The translations under genes and the position numbers were made by a program. A stretch of DNA of 64,000 bases from Lingula anatina (lineage: Eukaryota; Animalia; Brachiopoda): assembly GCA_051362555.1 (NCBI GenBank), contig CM120645.1, positions 14,198,001 through 14,262,000 of the forward strand, in the 5' to 3' direction. Position 1 is the first letter of the stretch. Each line of letters starts with the position of its first letter. The notes beneath the pieces are model-generated. The model was not told the origin of the DNA, did not search any database, and was given only the letters and a program-made list of their open reading frames with translations. Positions 10,396 to 24,400 of the stretch are shown here, piece after piece.

Positions 10396-11678
10396 TAGAA
10401 CCAGATCCATCCAGCCAAGGGATTGAGGTATTTGTCTTCGGTTTAGTGTTATGTTCGCTTTTTAATGCATTTATGTTCATATGCAATTACAATAATATTT
10501 TTTTTTTTTTAACTTTTACTTGTAAATTTACTTATACATTTCATAGCTCTGGTACAGTGTTTTTGCCATACCAATACTTTTGTAGCATGCTTATAGAAGT
10601 ACTTAACCTTCAGTAAATTAGTAATTATGCATAAAGTGCGAACAAAAAAACTGTTTAATATATATAAAACCCCAACTGTTTCAGAATTGGAGACAACGGA
10701 CCATACGATTACGGATGACGAAAATATATGTGGGGCTTTACTGCAGCATCTTCTCGACATCACTGCGATCTTTCGTGCACAAGATTCAAAACTTTTGATT
10801 GTTTGACACTTTCTGGTATTATTTTTAGTATTATTATTATTAAGGCGGTGTTATATAATATAATGATAACCAGTGGGGTTTGCAAATAAGGTGGCACGTT
10901 ACTGTGGAGTAGCACCCGGCAACACGATTCATTTAACTCCACTTGCATACAGACACAATCAAAGCTATCTTGCAAACACACACGACAACAAGAAAATAAT
11001 TGACTATCGCATTTCTTTGCTTTGTTTCAACCTGTTCAAATTAGGAATCTTCGCGACATCACTGCGATTTTTCGTGTACAACATTCAGAAATTTTTGATT
11101 GTTTAACAAATTATCCATTAATCAGCAACGGAGTTTTAAATTACTTTAAACTCTCGAAAGAAGACATATACAGGGTGTATTTTATCTATTTGGTATTATT
11201 TTATTACCATAATTAAGGCGGTGTTATATAATTAAATAATAACCAGTGGGGTTTGCAAACAAGGTGGCACGTTTCTGAGTAGCAGCACCTGGCGACACGA
11301 TTCATTTAACTCCACTTGCATACAGACACAATCAAAGCTATCTTACAAACACACACGACAACAAGAAAATAATTGACTATCGCATTTCTTTGCTTTGTTT
11401 CACTCTGTTCAAATTATGAATAAATGTTGCCGAATTGAATTTTTTGGTGTTGTACTGTCAATGTCTTAAAGGGTGAATTCCCCCCTCTCTCTTTTTCTCT
11501 CGCTCTTCTTCTGAATTTAATAACATCTCACAAATTAAAATATTGGTACATAATAAAAAAAACACTATTATGTACTTTTTCGTTAAATCAAACGATCAAA
11601 TAGTTGGTAAAAAATACATTAATAATAAACATAAGAGAAATCATCGTTTATAGAAACGGGTACTCGTGAAGATGAACG

Positions 11679-11735
<57 letters not shown>

Positions 11736-14230
11736 AAACGAATAATACAGGTATGCCCCAAGTTAAAACACCAGTGTTAAAAAGGAGGTCATCCTTTGCG
11801 CTTTTTACGTTCACCAAACGAACAAGTGATAAGCGGGCAATACAAAATTTAATCATCTTACAGAAGAGAAATTGCTGAATGTTCGAGTTGGCATTTGTAT
11901 CAAAGTCAAATGAATCTCTTCTCTTACTCTCTATTGGGACTGGCTCTCTGGGTGATGAAATGCAAATTAAAAAAAAAAAAACTACTAGCTGGGCGGAACA
12001 GAAATGTGTGGCTACATGTACATCCGTGTGTGTGCCTTGTAAGAAAAAAAAAGAAAAAAAACCCCGATCTCTGCGATTCTGGTGGAGGTTGCCCTCCCCC
12101 TCTTATTATTTCGTTTCCGCCGGTACAAATATTACCTGATCCTACTTTATTACCCTACGATTGTCACAGGTATAAAATAAGCTTATGAAAAAAAATTGAC
12201 ACGTATACAAAATCAAGACTTGTTTCAAATTAAAAATACAGGTCACATAAAGAGAGGAAATTTAGCTAAGATTAATTGTAAAAAAAAAAGACGGGTTTTT
12301 TTTATTTAATAATGTACATTGTGTAACTGAAAATCTTGGCAATGTAAAATTTACAGTTGGCAGTGTGAACTGGAGCGTGTCTGCCGTTATTTGCGTTTAA
12401 ATGTTATGCAATTATTCGGTTTTTCTGCTTCCTGCCGGCATATTTTAATTTGGATGACATGCTATAAAATTAAAAGATTGAACTTTACATCAAAGTATAC
12501 GTCTTTCTGTTTTTTACTGCATTTTCTGCTTTGACTCGCTCGTATAACAAAATAATAGCTGATGCAAATACGCAGTAAATGCAACTTTCTAGGATTCAGA
12601 CAATTTTAATTACAGAAATTCTGAAAACATATTTTATTTTATTTTAATTATTTATTATTATTATTATCATTATTATTCTGTAATGTCCGTCCACCTTAGA
12701 CTGATATTCAACAGATTGTTACAAATTTCATAAATTTGTTATGTCAGGTAAATTCATAAGTATAAGCACGAAATCGCCGCATCAACTGCAGAGTGACTTT
12801 GGGCTTGGTATCCGTTCATTTTTCTAAATATTATATGAAATCACTATATTTTAGGTAATATTTACACCAATCAATTTCTGCCTGTGGTTGGACCTGAGAC
12901 ACTTGCCGTAGGTGGTGGTTGTTATTTCAGATGTCTGGTCTGCATATTATTCAATAACTACATGAACGTGTCTAAAATGCCTTTTTCAAAGTCGCAAGTT
13001 CTTTGGAAAACAGTTTAAGACTAGTTTGCCCCCCCTCCCCTTTTCCTGCACAAAACTATTAATCTGCTCTATATAAAGGATATTTGAATAATTGATGTAA
13101 GTCAAAGTGCGTAGATTGTGAATTCTTCCATCTTAATCTTCAAGGGCGTATTATGATATGCTATAGAGGTATATAGTATAGTTCTGAGCTTAAATTATGC
13201 AGTGATCAATCCCTCAAGCCCTCAAGTCACACAAAACAATATTAATTCAACATACAAATTGAAGAATCTTTCATACACACATACAACCCCCACCCCCAAG
13301 CTTCGGCACCCTTTAGGTACTACTGCGACTCAACGTTTGCTTGTAAAAACTGCGGTATGAGGCTATTCCTCTCTTAAGATGTAGATGAACACATGTTATT
13401 GATTAGCTTTTTCATACATCTACCAGCGACGCAGATTTATTTTGTGCACTTTTCTTCAACGCGAGAAATGGAGACATGTGCCAAGAATTAGCCAGAGGAC
13501 ATATCTGCGATTATCTAGTGAAAAAACAATCTGTGGCCCTGGTAGAGGATACACGTAGCTTTGTTATAAGGTTAATTATTAAAAGATGTTGGTAGTTTGA
13601 AGACCCATGCTTGTCTATAAATCTTTAAATGTCATATAAAGAGTAATTTTACCCATTTTTTCACTTAATTGTTCTTGCTATTTTCAATCTTAGTTTTCAA
13701 TATAGTTTCAAAATGGCGTGGGGACATTCATATGGTGGCAAATACAAACAACAATGCTTATCACAAATAGACAGGAATAGAGGGGGAAGATCTTAATTTA
13801 TTTTAAGTTCGTCAATACACCCTGGCTGTTATACACCTTGACATTTTAAAGCGACTGCAAAAGATGAAAACGTGTACAGCTTTGAAAGACAGGAAGTGAC
13901 ACGTTTACCTCACTCTCCACCCCTCCCCCGTATTCCTTTACCATCGTAGAGAGCTGGCAGCCTTCCTACACCACTGATGTTTGAGTAATTGAGTTAAGTC
14001 AAGATAGAACGTGGATCCCTTCGTTTTGATTTTCTAAGGCGTAATACGATATGCGCCACGACGCTCTTAAAATATTGATGAGGAAAGTATAAATCTGTGC
14101 TATAATTATGACAATTGTGGTCAATCATATCTTATTAGCACAGGATATGTATTTTAATAAACAGATTCAAGTGCCTTTCTTATTTTTATTTTAGATAGTC
14201 GTAGGAAAGCATTCTTAACCCAGGGTGTCA
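10396..14230 (+). repeat. Segmental/tandem duplication: 3' flank of copy A
   Basis: Long near-identical match to 34817-38070 and weaker match to 42352-44040; includes (CT)n at ~11687-11732. Confidence 0.9.
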
Positions 14231-14568
14231 ACTACGAAATATAGACATTTGACATCAAGGGATAGCCTTTTAAGGTAAAGGCCTATTTACATGTATGTTA
14301 AAACATAAAATTTCCCCCTGTTCGGGCGCATGTACCTTACCTCTGGTACGTTACTACACTGAAAAAATCCAAGGGGCATGATAAAAGGGTTTTCGGAAAG
14401 TTGTGCATGTCCTTGACCGGGAAGGGGGGGGGGGTAGATACCTTTATTGAATTACCCATCTTCCCGTCGATACTCTGCTACTCAGATATGACCCTTCAGG
14501 GCATATTTTTATGGCAGGTACCACCACAACTCCAACTCATTTAAACCAAGTTAAGTGTTAGGTCGCAC

Positions 14569-14725
14569 TCAGAACAGTGGACTAACTAGTCCGAGGGTCA
14601 AATATGACGACCCCCTACTAAGCGTGTCGTCAAATCCACTAATAGACACTGAATAGATTCCGTGGGGAAGTATTCAAGTGGGTCGGCCATATTTGACCCT
14701 CGGACTAGTTAGTTCACTGTTCTGA
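14569..14725. mobile_element. MITE with ~40-bp inverted termini
   Basis: TCAGAACAGTGGACTAACTAGTCCGAGGGTCAAATATG ... CATATTTGACCCTCGGACTAGTTAGTTCACTGTTCTGA. Confidence 0.75.
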
Positions 14726-14919
14726 ATTTGTAAATATGAATGTGATATCAATGCAGACCTCGAGTTAATCTAATGTACACCCAGACGACAATTTTGGTGC
14801 AAACCATATCTGAAGGTACCCTGTACCGTAGAGAGATTGTCACTAGACATTCGCAGTTATACCTCTGGTCAAGATTTTTTACGGGGCTTAGATGTACAAA
14901 TTAGGGGATACCGGACCCC

Positions 14920-15964
14920 GTGAAACAGGAGACTCTGTTTCAGTCGTAATACTAGGATTGGCAATTCAGTAACTTGTCGAGATCAGTATACAGAGAGAAA
15001 GTCACGCTTTAACAGTTGATAAATCTTTCCTATTGTGTTTATCATCATCATTATGCACAGTTTCATACTAACAGTTCAACTAAAATGTATATGGGAATGA
15101 CATTGAACAATCGCGCTTGAAGAGGAATAGCGGTTTGTTACTTTCAGATTGTGAAAGGTCTTCTGAAAAATTATTAATTTTACTAACTATGGACTGTTTT
15201 CTCTGAAGCTGCTAAACGTTAGTTAATTACCCCCAAACAGCTTCAGTAGGCATGCCAGACATCAGATCCCCTGAAGCTGAATGCAATTTAGCAAAAAAGC
15301 CCTCGGAGATGGGTCGATCCTGCTAGATCGACTTAGGTATGGGGATAGGGTCTAAGACTCGCCTACCTTTACCAGCAGCGTGGCGACAGTCGGAAATGAA
15401 ATGAAATTACTTTTCTTTTTGCCCGTATCATTTTCACCAAAAAGAAATCTCTTTAACCATCGGTTGCCGTCGGCAGTATGAACTATGACATGACCTCTTT
15501 CGACCAACGGGGCGTATGTCAAATTACAATTGGAGAAATTATTGGTTAAAATTTGCATTAAGCACACGTGGCAAACTCTAGAAACAGTTCAACTCCTCCT
15601 CTCTCCATTTCTCCCTACATCTGCACAGTGACCTATGTCACAACCATACACACAGCAGCTATTTAAAAATGCAGTGAATATGTAACGAAGTTCAATAAGC
15701 GAGTTGTTCATTTTCTAATAACTCTTATAACGATTATCAAGTTCACGGCCTGAGTTTGTTTCTGGAAACTGTTATTGCCATGTCGCTACGACAAGTGTTC
15801 CTTCTACCTGCGATCATACTGCAATTTGCCTTGGCCTATGCCATTGATTTTGACGATCCGGCACTACCTGAACCGGGATCTGGGGACCCGGGTAAGTATA
15901 TGTGAAGTACAGGGTAGATTACAGATATTTGTGAAAAGCACACGCACGCAAGCACACACACACA
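14920..15964 (+). repeat. Duplicated promoter/exon 1 region of copy B
   Basis: Matches 38820-40100, upstream of and including exon 1 of copy C. Confidence 0.85.
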
Positions 15965-18900
15965 ATTTTATTTGATAAATGCTGACCATTTTCAAGGGTA
16001 GTGCCAAAAATAGCAACCGTTGCTAGGGAAGTTGCTAGACCGTTGCTAGACCTTTATTGTCCAGTTTACATGATTAAGAAAGGCTGGTAATTAGGTTTTA
16101 GGACATCAAAACTATCAGTAGACTATCTTAAGGCCATTAAAACCCAAATTAACCTAAGCCACAGTTGCTAGGCAACAAACATTTTAATGCGCGTAAGTCA
16201 ATTTAATAAGGTAAATCTATATAACTGGTCAGGAACTATACTTTTGAGCAAGATATTCACACTTTTAATCCAGTATGTTGAAACAATTGTGTGAAATTTA
16301 CACATATTTGATCAAAAAACATTACCGCTGATACCGGAAGGCAGCATGTTCAAAGTTAGTTACCAGTCATTTCCACATTTTTATCACCTTACGACTCTTA
16401 ATAAAACTTTGCCATAGTTTAGGCTTTGTAATATCTCATTTGCAATATATAGTGCATTTTTAGCGCCCTTTTTATTTAAAAATATATACAGTTTCTTCAT
16501 CTGCTCCTAAATGCACACTTTATGTCTCGAGCACAACGCGCACGCATGGATTTTAGGACCGTACTTCCCCCACGAATTTTGAGTGCATGGAGGCCGTGGA
16601 GCTTGTAGAGGCAGAGGAAAGGTATCAATAGAAAGGCACAAGTCTGCCTTGCCTTGCGCAGGGGCCACGTGAGATTTGTCTTTTTTTGAAATATCAAGCA
16701 GGGGTGCTAATTGCAATGTGCGATGGCCGTGGAAATTGTATTCATTTTAGAGTTTGTACTGCTACCTGCGTACGTGGCCCGCGCTCACCACTAACGGAGA
16801 AAATGCATAGTACGTTGAAAGTAGTTCCCTTTTGCGTCACTTTTGCTTCACACTCACCTCACACGCTAGCGGTGACGTACTGACGGCGTACGTCAGTTTT
16901 GCCTATTGTTTTCCACTTATTTCTTCGACCTCCTCCTTTCTTTGCTGCTCTCTTTCTTGGACTATGATGATCATTTACAAGGGCAGTGCCAAAAAATCCA
17001 ATGTGTTGCTTAGCAACCGTTGCTACGGAAGTGAATTACGTTAGTAACAAGCTAATAATATTAATGAACATATATTAATATTAGAAGGTATCGGGGGAGA
17101 CAGGATTGTGCCAAAAGTGACGTCAAGTGTTGTAAGACGTGAACCTGAGTAGTCATTTTTAGCTGGAGGTGAACCGGATTTTAGCTGGAGGTGAATGGGC
17201 TCAGAGAAAAAAGCAGTTTTCCCCACAACATAGTGAGATAATGTTTTTTCTTTTGGTATTTTAGGCAGAAAATACTTGTAGAAATAATACGTACATGATA
17301 TGAAAACGTCTTACTACATGTATACTTGAAGGTGTAAAATCGTGCTTAGTTTGCAGTCAATTTGTTTTAAAATATATGCTGCATCGGCAAAAAAACATCA
17401 AGGGAAAATAATTCCTTCCAAATCGTTGTCATGTGGAATTTATGCATGTATGTAATCTGATGTGTCCATGTTTTAGGATCCTTGAAGGACCTTGTGAAAA
17501 CCAGGAAGTAGTTCGCAACTGACAACAGAATCGCACCGAACCACGACCGCTGTACAATGATTTGTCTTTTTATGTACAGACACAGATGTGCCTGTACATA
17601 TAGCCGACACCTGCGTCAGTCGTCGCTGTCGCAGTGCACTTTCATCGATAACACGATAACATAATTTACTTTTGGGCTCGAAACTTACAGAACTAATGAT
17701 AATTCATAATACGCCGATCAAGCTCGAAAATCAGCATGATCGGGCCAATTTTTGTTATGCAGTTTTCATTTTTTTCAGCCTATATGCAACACCGATAACA
17801 CGATTAGTGGAAAACCATTTTACCTTTAGGTTTGAGATTTACAGAACTGATGACTATATGCAGGTCAAATTCGACAATCAGCATGATCTGGCCATCATTT
17901 AATAAGTTTTTTTTGCTTTTTTCAGCATATGTGCAACACTGATGACACATTTCACGGAAAACCTATTTTCTTGAAACTTACAGGAGTGATCAATCTTACT
18001 AAAATACAGTTCGAGTTCGAAAATCAGCTTCATCGGACAATTTTTACAAAGTTATGCTGTTTTTTTTTCTTTTTTAGCAAATATGCAACACTGATAACAC
18101 ATATCAAGGAAAATTGATTAGCTAGTCTAGAGAGATTTTTGAAAAAAGGCTCTACATAAGAGGCAAGTGGCATTTTGGGGTAAAAGTTGGGAACCAGGCT
18201 TATTAGCATAATTTTGGAATGCTGAATCCGATTTACCCGGTTCCCCAGCGAAAATTTGCGTTTTTAACGGTCTAATTTGCAAAAAACAAAATGGCCGCCA
18301 GATTTCCCTTTTTCTGCAATATCTCTGGAACTAGACAGGCGAATATGACAAATGAAGTGTCTTTATTTATATTTTCAGTGTCGAGGAACATTATTAAGAT
18401 GTTTCTGTTATAATTAGATTTACGCAATTTTCCTAAATATGCAAATTAGGATCGCTATTACTGAAAAACCGGTTTACTTCTGTATCTCTGTAACTAGGCA
18501 AGCAAACATGACAAATGAAGTGTCTACACCTATGTTCTCAGGGTCAGGGAATGTGATAAATCAGATATCTTGTCTGATGGGTAGCACTGACTTTGTGAAT
18601 CGTGTCCGAGTAGCACCTTTTAATTTTTCTTCCCTGTATCTGTCAAACACTGGTCAATCTGCTGATAGTTAGAACCTGCCTTCAGAACTACTCTTACGTA
18701 CGTGTCAGCCAAACTACCAAAGGTTACTGCATTGTCAGGCTTTCCCAGTGAAATTGTCAGTGCTTGCCCATCAATTATAAGGTAAGGTGAGCAGAGGCGG
18801 ATCCAGGTTGGCAACGAGTTAGGGGCCTGGCCACCAATTGCTTCCATAACTTCAAAAATGGGTTCCTTGTCCCTAATTTAGTCAAGTTTGATAATCTATA

Positions 18901-19780
18901 CATGTTTCTAGATCAAAAATTGATGGAAATATGAAATGTTATATATTTTGGCACCTAATTTGCATAATTTATGCTAATTCATGCATCGATAGAGCGTGTC
19001 TCTTTGGATGAAAAATTTTCTTTTGGCCCAAGGAACATTTATGCCAACTTAGACATTTGTACTATAAAATGCAGCGTTTTCCCCCCTTAACAAGCCTACT
19101 AATAGCTTTTCAAGCGTTTCACAGAAGAAAAAGCTAGACACGTTGGCAGTGTTACACGTTTAGCTATGTGTTTAGCTACACCGGCATATGATTCTATAAC
19201 AAGTCTATCACAAGCTAAGCACATTGGCTGAGCACTTCCCCCTGCTAAGCGCGTGAGGCTGCTAAACATATGGAGCTGCTATAGGTGTGGAAATCTTTAA
19301 CGCGTGGAGCTGCTGAACAACACGTTTAGCTTTTCAAGCTTGTCACAGAAAGAAAATGCTTCACAATCCCATGTATACGATCCCATAACAAGTTTATTAC
19401 AAGACTCAACAATTTGGCTTAACACTTCCCCTTGTAAACGTATGGAGCTGTTGGAGGCGTGGAGCAGCCTGCTCGAACGCGTTGTGTCCTTCCTTGCACC
19501 AACGTGTGATTATTAAAAATAGGCCTATTAAGGATTAATCCAAATAACAAATAACGTTTTCACGACGTTATCAGCTGGTTACATGATGGTGATGGTATAG
19601 AATAACGTTATGTCAAAATAGATTGGTGTGGTTTGGGATCAGGATACAAATTCTCTCATGCAGATTCTGTCCAAGCGACCCAGATTTTACTCTGAAACAA
19701 TGTTTCAATTTTTACAGAATAATGGGTTTCGTTAATATCTAATCCATACCTCCACGATAACCAGGTTATAGCAATTAATG

Positions 19781-19816
<36 letters not shown>

Positions 19817-20898
19817 CTTTGAATTTACTTTTTCTCTTGAAAGGGTACACATTGCAGGATCAAGAGAAAAAAAATAAACATGCTGTTGATAAGTTTACAG
19901 TTATTGTGACGAAGTCATGTGTAACAAATGTTTTAAGCAAATAAACGTAAAATTTTCACTGGATAACTTTATTTGACAAAAACAAAATCATTAAATTTCC
20001 GTACGTTTAACTTGATATCAGCTTGAAATAAATAGTAGATTTTATTAAAATTTATTCACTATAATATTATAAATGTGCATGTCTCTCTAGTGCAAAATGA
20101 ATGTGAAGATGAGTATTTAATTAATTCTTCGCAACCCAGATGTATATGATGAATAACCAATATTCAGTCTCGCTCCCCTTATCTTGGACGCTAAAGAACC
20201 TAGTGGTACTTTGATAAACTGAAGATCTACGTTGTATTTACGTTAGGTCAGTATGAGGAACAATTAAGTACGGGAAGATGATAATGTGTTATGATAATTA
20301 CTTTCAGTCTTCCACAAGGACATTATATACAAGGTAATGGAACTACGTTTTTGATTTAACAACTATTCAAGTAGATTGCTGATAAAGAAATAATAATTAC
20401 GATTCTTTTCAGAACAAGTTTTCTTAATTTCATCTATAAATATGAATATGAAGTATCACATATTTCGAAATATATACAATGCTTAACATTAATAAAAGTG
20501 CAACAAGAAAAAGGCACAGTTCATTTTGGATGAAGGCATCTCTGTTTAGGCATAATTAGCTTAGATAGTTTTCATTTCAACCAAAGTGAAAGTATTAAAG
20601 TGCCAATATCACGCAGTTGTTATGATCACAAGTGGTCTAAACTTAACTAATATAACCAGAAAATAAGTTTGAAAATGATTGAAAAATTTATCACATATTT
20701 ATGTAGGTTATTAGGGAACCCAGATCGGTCGATCCAAACAGAAGTCGATGGGATAACGCTAAGGTGCCATACGTCATAGACGCGAGTGTGAGTAAGTTTG
20801 GCGTGCTTACATTTTAAAACTACTTTCCGTGTTAAGGATTGTTTCAAACTGACATATTTTTCTTGCTCCATGTTCATATAACCATTCAACGTCTTTTT

Positions 20899-20936
<38 letters not shown>

Positions 20937-21325
20937 CGGTTTCTTTGTAACGGAGAAAAATTTCAGTGTTTTAGAATAATGATGATGATGATGAGTTTAT
21001 TCGTTGTAGTTATAGGCCTCTGACCTAAAATACATAACAATCTGTACAAATGCAGAAGACATATACAATCAAGGTTTTATGCGTACAGCAATAAATTATG
21101 AATACACCATATATGTGCAAGTATTTCATTTACCTATCCGGACGGTTAACATTGTTATCTACATTCATTTTTCATTGAAGCTAAAGTGGGAGAAGAGAGA
21201 ATACGTGACGCCATTAAAGAGTATGAAACAAAGACTTGTATAAGATGGATAGAAGGGATACCCGAAACAGAAAAAGGTTATATAAATATTACAGCCGTAC
21301 AACCAGCAAATACGACGGGCACTGT

Positions 21326-21364
<39 letters not shown>

Positions 21365-21414
21365 ACACACCAGGGAATTAAATCGTCTACGATATAATTC
21401 CCTGTTTGCGCACA

Positions 21415-21448
<34 letters not shown>

Positions 21449-24400
21449 AAACGTAGGCCTTTACAAATTGTTGAACATCGATTAACACAATATATTCATA
21501 ACTAGACCCCTCAGTGTATTAATGAATTGTATTGTGTCTTTAGCTGTCAAAGCTATGTTGGCAGAACTGGTGATGTGCAAAAGTTGACACTGATGCCAGG
21601 GTGCACCAAGAATGGCGCCTCTACAGCCATACACGAAATGATGCATGCCATTGGTTTCCTTCACGAGCATCAAAGACCAGACAGGGATAACTACGTGAAT
21701 ATTCACAAGGAGAATATCAATAGGAGCATATTTGATGGTAAAAGAAATCAAGTATATTTACATATTAAGGTTAATAACATAATTGTCTGATAGCTTGTCT
21801 ATCTGGTCACTCATCCGCTCGCATGTCTGTCGGTCAGCCAGTCGACTTGCATGTTTGCTTTTCTTCATAGGCCTATGTGTCCACTACGGTAATTCTTCGT
21901 CTAAACGTGCTATATGCAAACCATGTTGTAATGTATCTAATTAATTTTTAGTTTTTGGTACACGGTTCAGAGTTTGTTGATAGAATAATGTAGGTGTTGC
22001 TCCACTCAGCTTCGTTATTCCTGGACTTTTTCCTATGTTTTTCTTGTTCTGTAATGCTAACCAGTACTATATATTTATCTTTCTTGAACAAACACACTCA
22101 CACAAACATACACCCATGCTTATCAGTGTGTGTGTGTGTGTGTGTGCGTGTGTGTGTGCGCGCACACGTGTGTGCTGCAGTTGCAGCAACCAGATCCCTG
22201 GTTACAGGTGTTCTGGGACATTACATCAATAATGCTTACAAAATTAAATCTTTAATTCTCCTAAATCTATCAAGATCTTGATGACAGGTGTTCTGGGTAT
22301 GAAATTTCTTTTCTTATTATTCATTTATTTATTTATGATTATTATTTTTGTGTGTGTGTGTATGTGTGTGTGTTCCAAGTTTTTTTTTTTTTTTTATTGT
22401 CAATAATATCAGAAATATCAATCATAATCCAGCATTTCGTTAACATACATAAAATATATACAGTGGGAAATAAACACAATGTGAGGAGGTCACTGAAACA
22501 CGTTACCCAACAAATTCCATCGTTCAGTATATTCTACATATTTTCCATTACTTATATACATGTATTTTTCCATTTCGAAATAGTTTTTTAGTTTATTTTG
22601 TAGACATTTAAAATCTAATCTTTTTTCATTCATTCTTTTTCCATATATATAATACTTCGTTACCAGTATGAGTATATTAATGGCTGCACATTTTGTATCG
22701 TTTTTCAAAAACAATATATCTGTTAAAGAAAAATTAATATTCAAAAGTGCTTTCTCATTTATCAAGTTTTTTTAATCTTCCCATAGCGGTTGGACCAAAT
22801 CACAATAAAAGAACAAATGTTCAATGCTTTCATTTTCCTTTTCACAGAAAGAACACAATGAGCTATCTTTAACCTTAATTCTTTTAAGAAATTCATTTGT
22901 TGCAATAATTCTATGTACTATTCTATATTGAAACCATCTTAAAGTCGTATCTTTCGTAAAGTAGAATATATTTTTATTTATCATAGTCCAGTCTAAATTT
23001 TCATCAATATTTATTTTCATCTCCCATTTAGCCTCAGATGCCGGTTTACAATACTCATTACTAATCAGTATGTCATATATTGACCGCGATCCTTTAGATT
23101 ATTTACAGATTATTTCTATAAATTAGGTCTGTAGGGTAGCGCCAATTTGACGTTTTCTTCCCTTAGCTGTGGCCACCGTTGTGTTATTGCAGTCTTAACT
23201 CCGAGAAATAATGTAAACGGACATTTAATGTCATACTGGGAAGTAAATGATTCGAAAGAATGCGGTTTTCCACTATTTTCAAACGGGTCATTTACTATAT
23301 TTACACCCCTGTCATTCCAAGACTTGAAATAAATATCATTATTATCCACCCTCACCTCTGAACAATTCCATATAGGCTTTTTCAAAATATCTTTCAAAGT
23401 ATCTGAACTTGAGATATCTCTTTTAAACTCCGCAAGATAAAGAACGATTTCTTTCCAAAAATAATTGGTCATATTTTCCGCACACCTAACCAAGTATAAG
23501 TCTCCCCGATCAATAAGTCGACTTATATTAATATTTTGTGTATCTATCATAAGTCTAACCCAATCTGTGTCATTTTTCGTCATAAATTTAAAAAGCGCGT
23601 TTTCCAATCTCTTTATCGTTTCATCTTTTGGTTTAGGTAAGGAAATAAATAAGTGAGTAAATTTGGATAAAAGTAGGGTTTTCACTACTGTAATTTTTCC
23701 CAAAGGGGTTAAATTTCTCCTATTCCAACACGTTATTTCCTTTTCAACTTCCAGTAGTCTATCCGAGTAATTTAAGTCTTCAATATTTTCCAAATTTGCA
23801 TTAAGTGTTATACCTAAGGCCACAAAATTGCTATTTGTCCACTACAAATTATATTCGGGGCAAAGAACATCGTCTGAACCGCGTTTAAGTCCGACCCAAA
23901 TTGCTTTTGTTTTTTCTATGTTAGGTTTTAAGCCTGAAAATTTGAAATATTGTTCTAATAGATCGAGAGTGCTTTTCAAGCTATTTTCCGTGCCATCAAG
24001 ATATATCACCATGTCATCTGCGTACTGAGACAGGAGATATTCTTTTTCTCTGATACGAATTCCTTTAATGTTTGTATTATTTCTTAACAAAATGGCCATA
24101 ATTTCTGCACATAGATTAAATAAATATGGTGAGACGGGATCTCCTTGCCTGCATCCGCGCCCTATCTTAAAGAAGGTAGAAAAAATGCCGTTCTGAATAA
24201 CGCAAAGGTTAACATTTTGGTTCATTGTTTTTACCCATCGTATGAGATCATGGCCAAAATTGAAGTACTTTAGAACTTGATAAATAAACCTCCATGAAAT
24301 CGAATCGAATGCTTTTTCAAAATCAATGAGAAGAATCATTCCAGGTATATTATAATTTTTACAGGCCTCAATTATGTCGTAAGTTATTCTTGTACTCTCC

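Noticed and set aside
11641-11878. ORFs with ERERER/SLSLSL runs (also 36044, 43288, 21165, 21994)
   Set aside because: Translations of microsatellites
19880-19930. ATGCTGTTGATAAGT as a possible native signal-peptide exon for the astacin
   Set aside because: Stops after 9 codons and has no clear donor; cannot be supported
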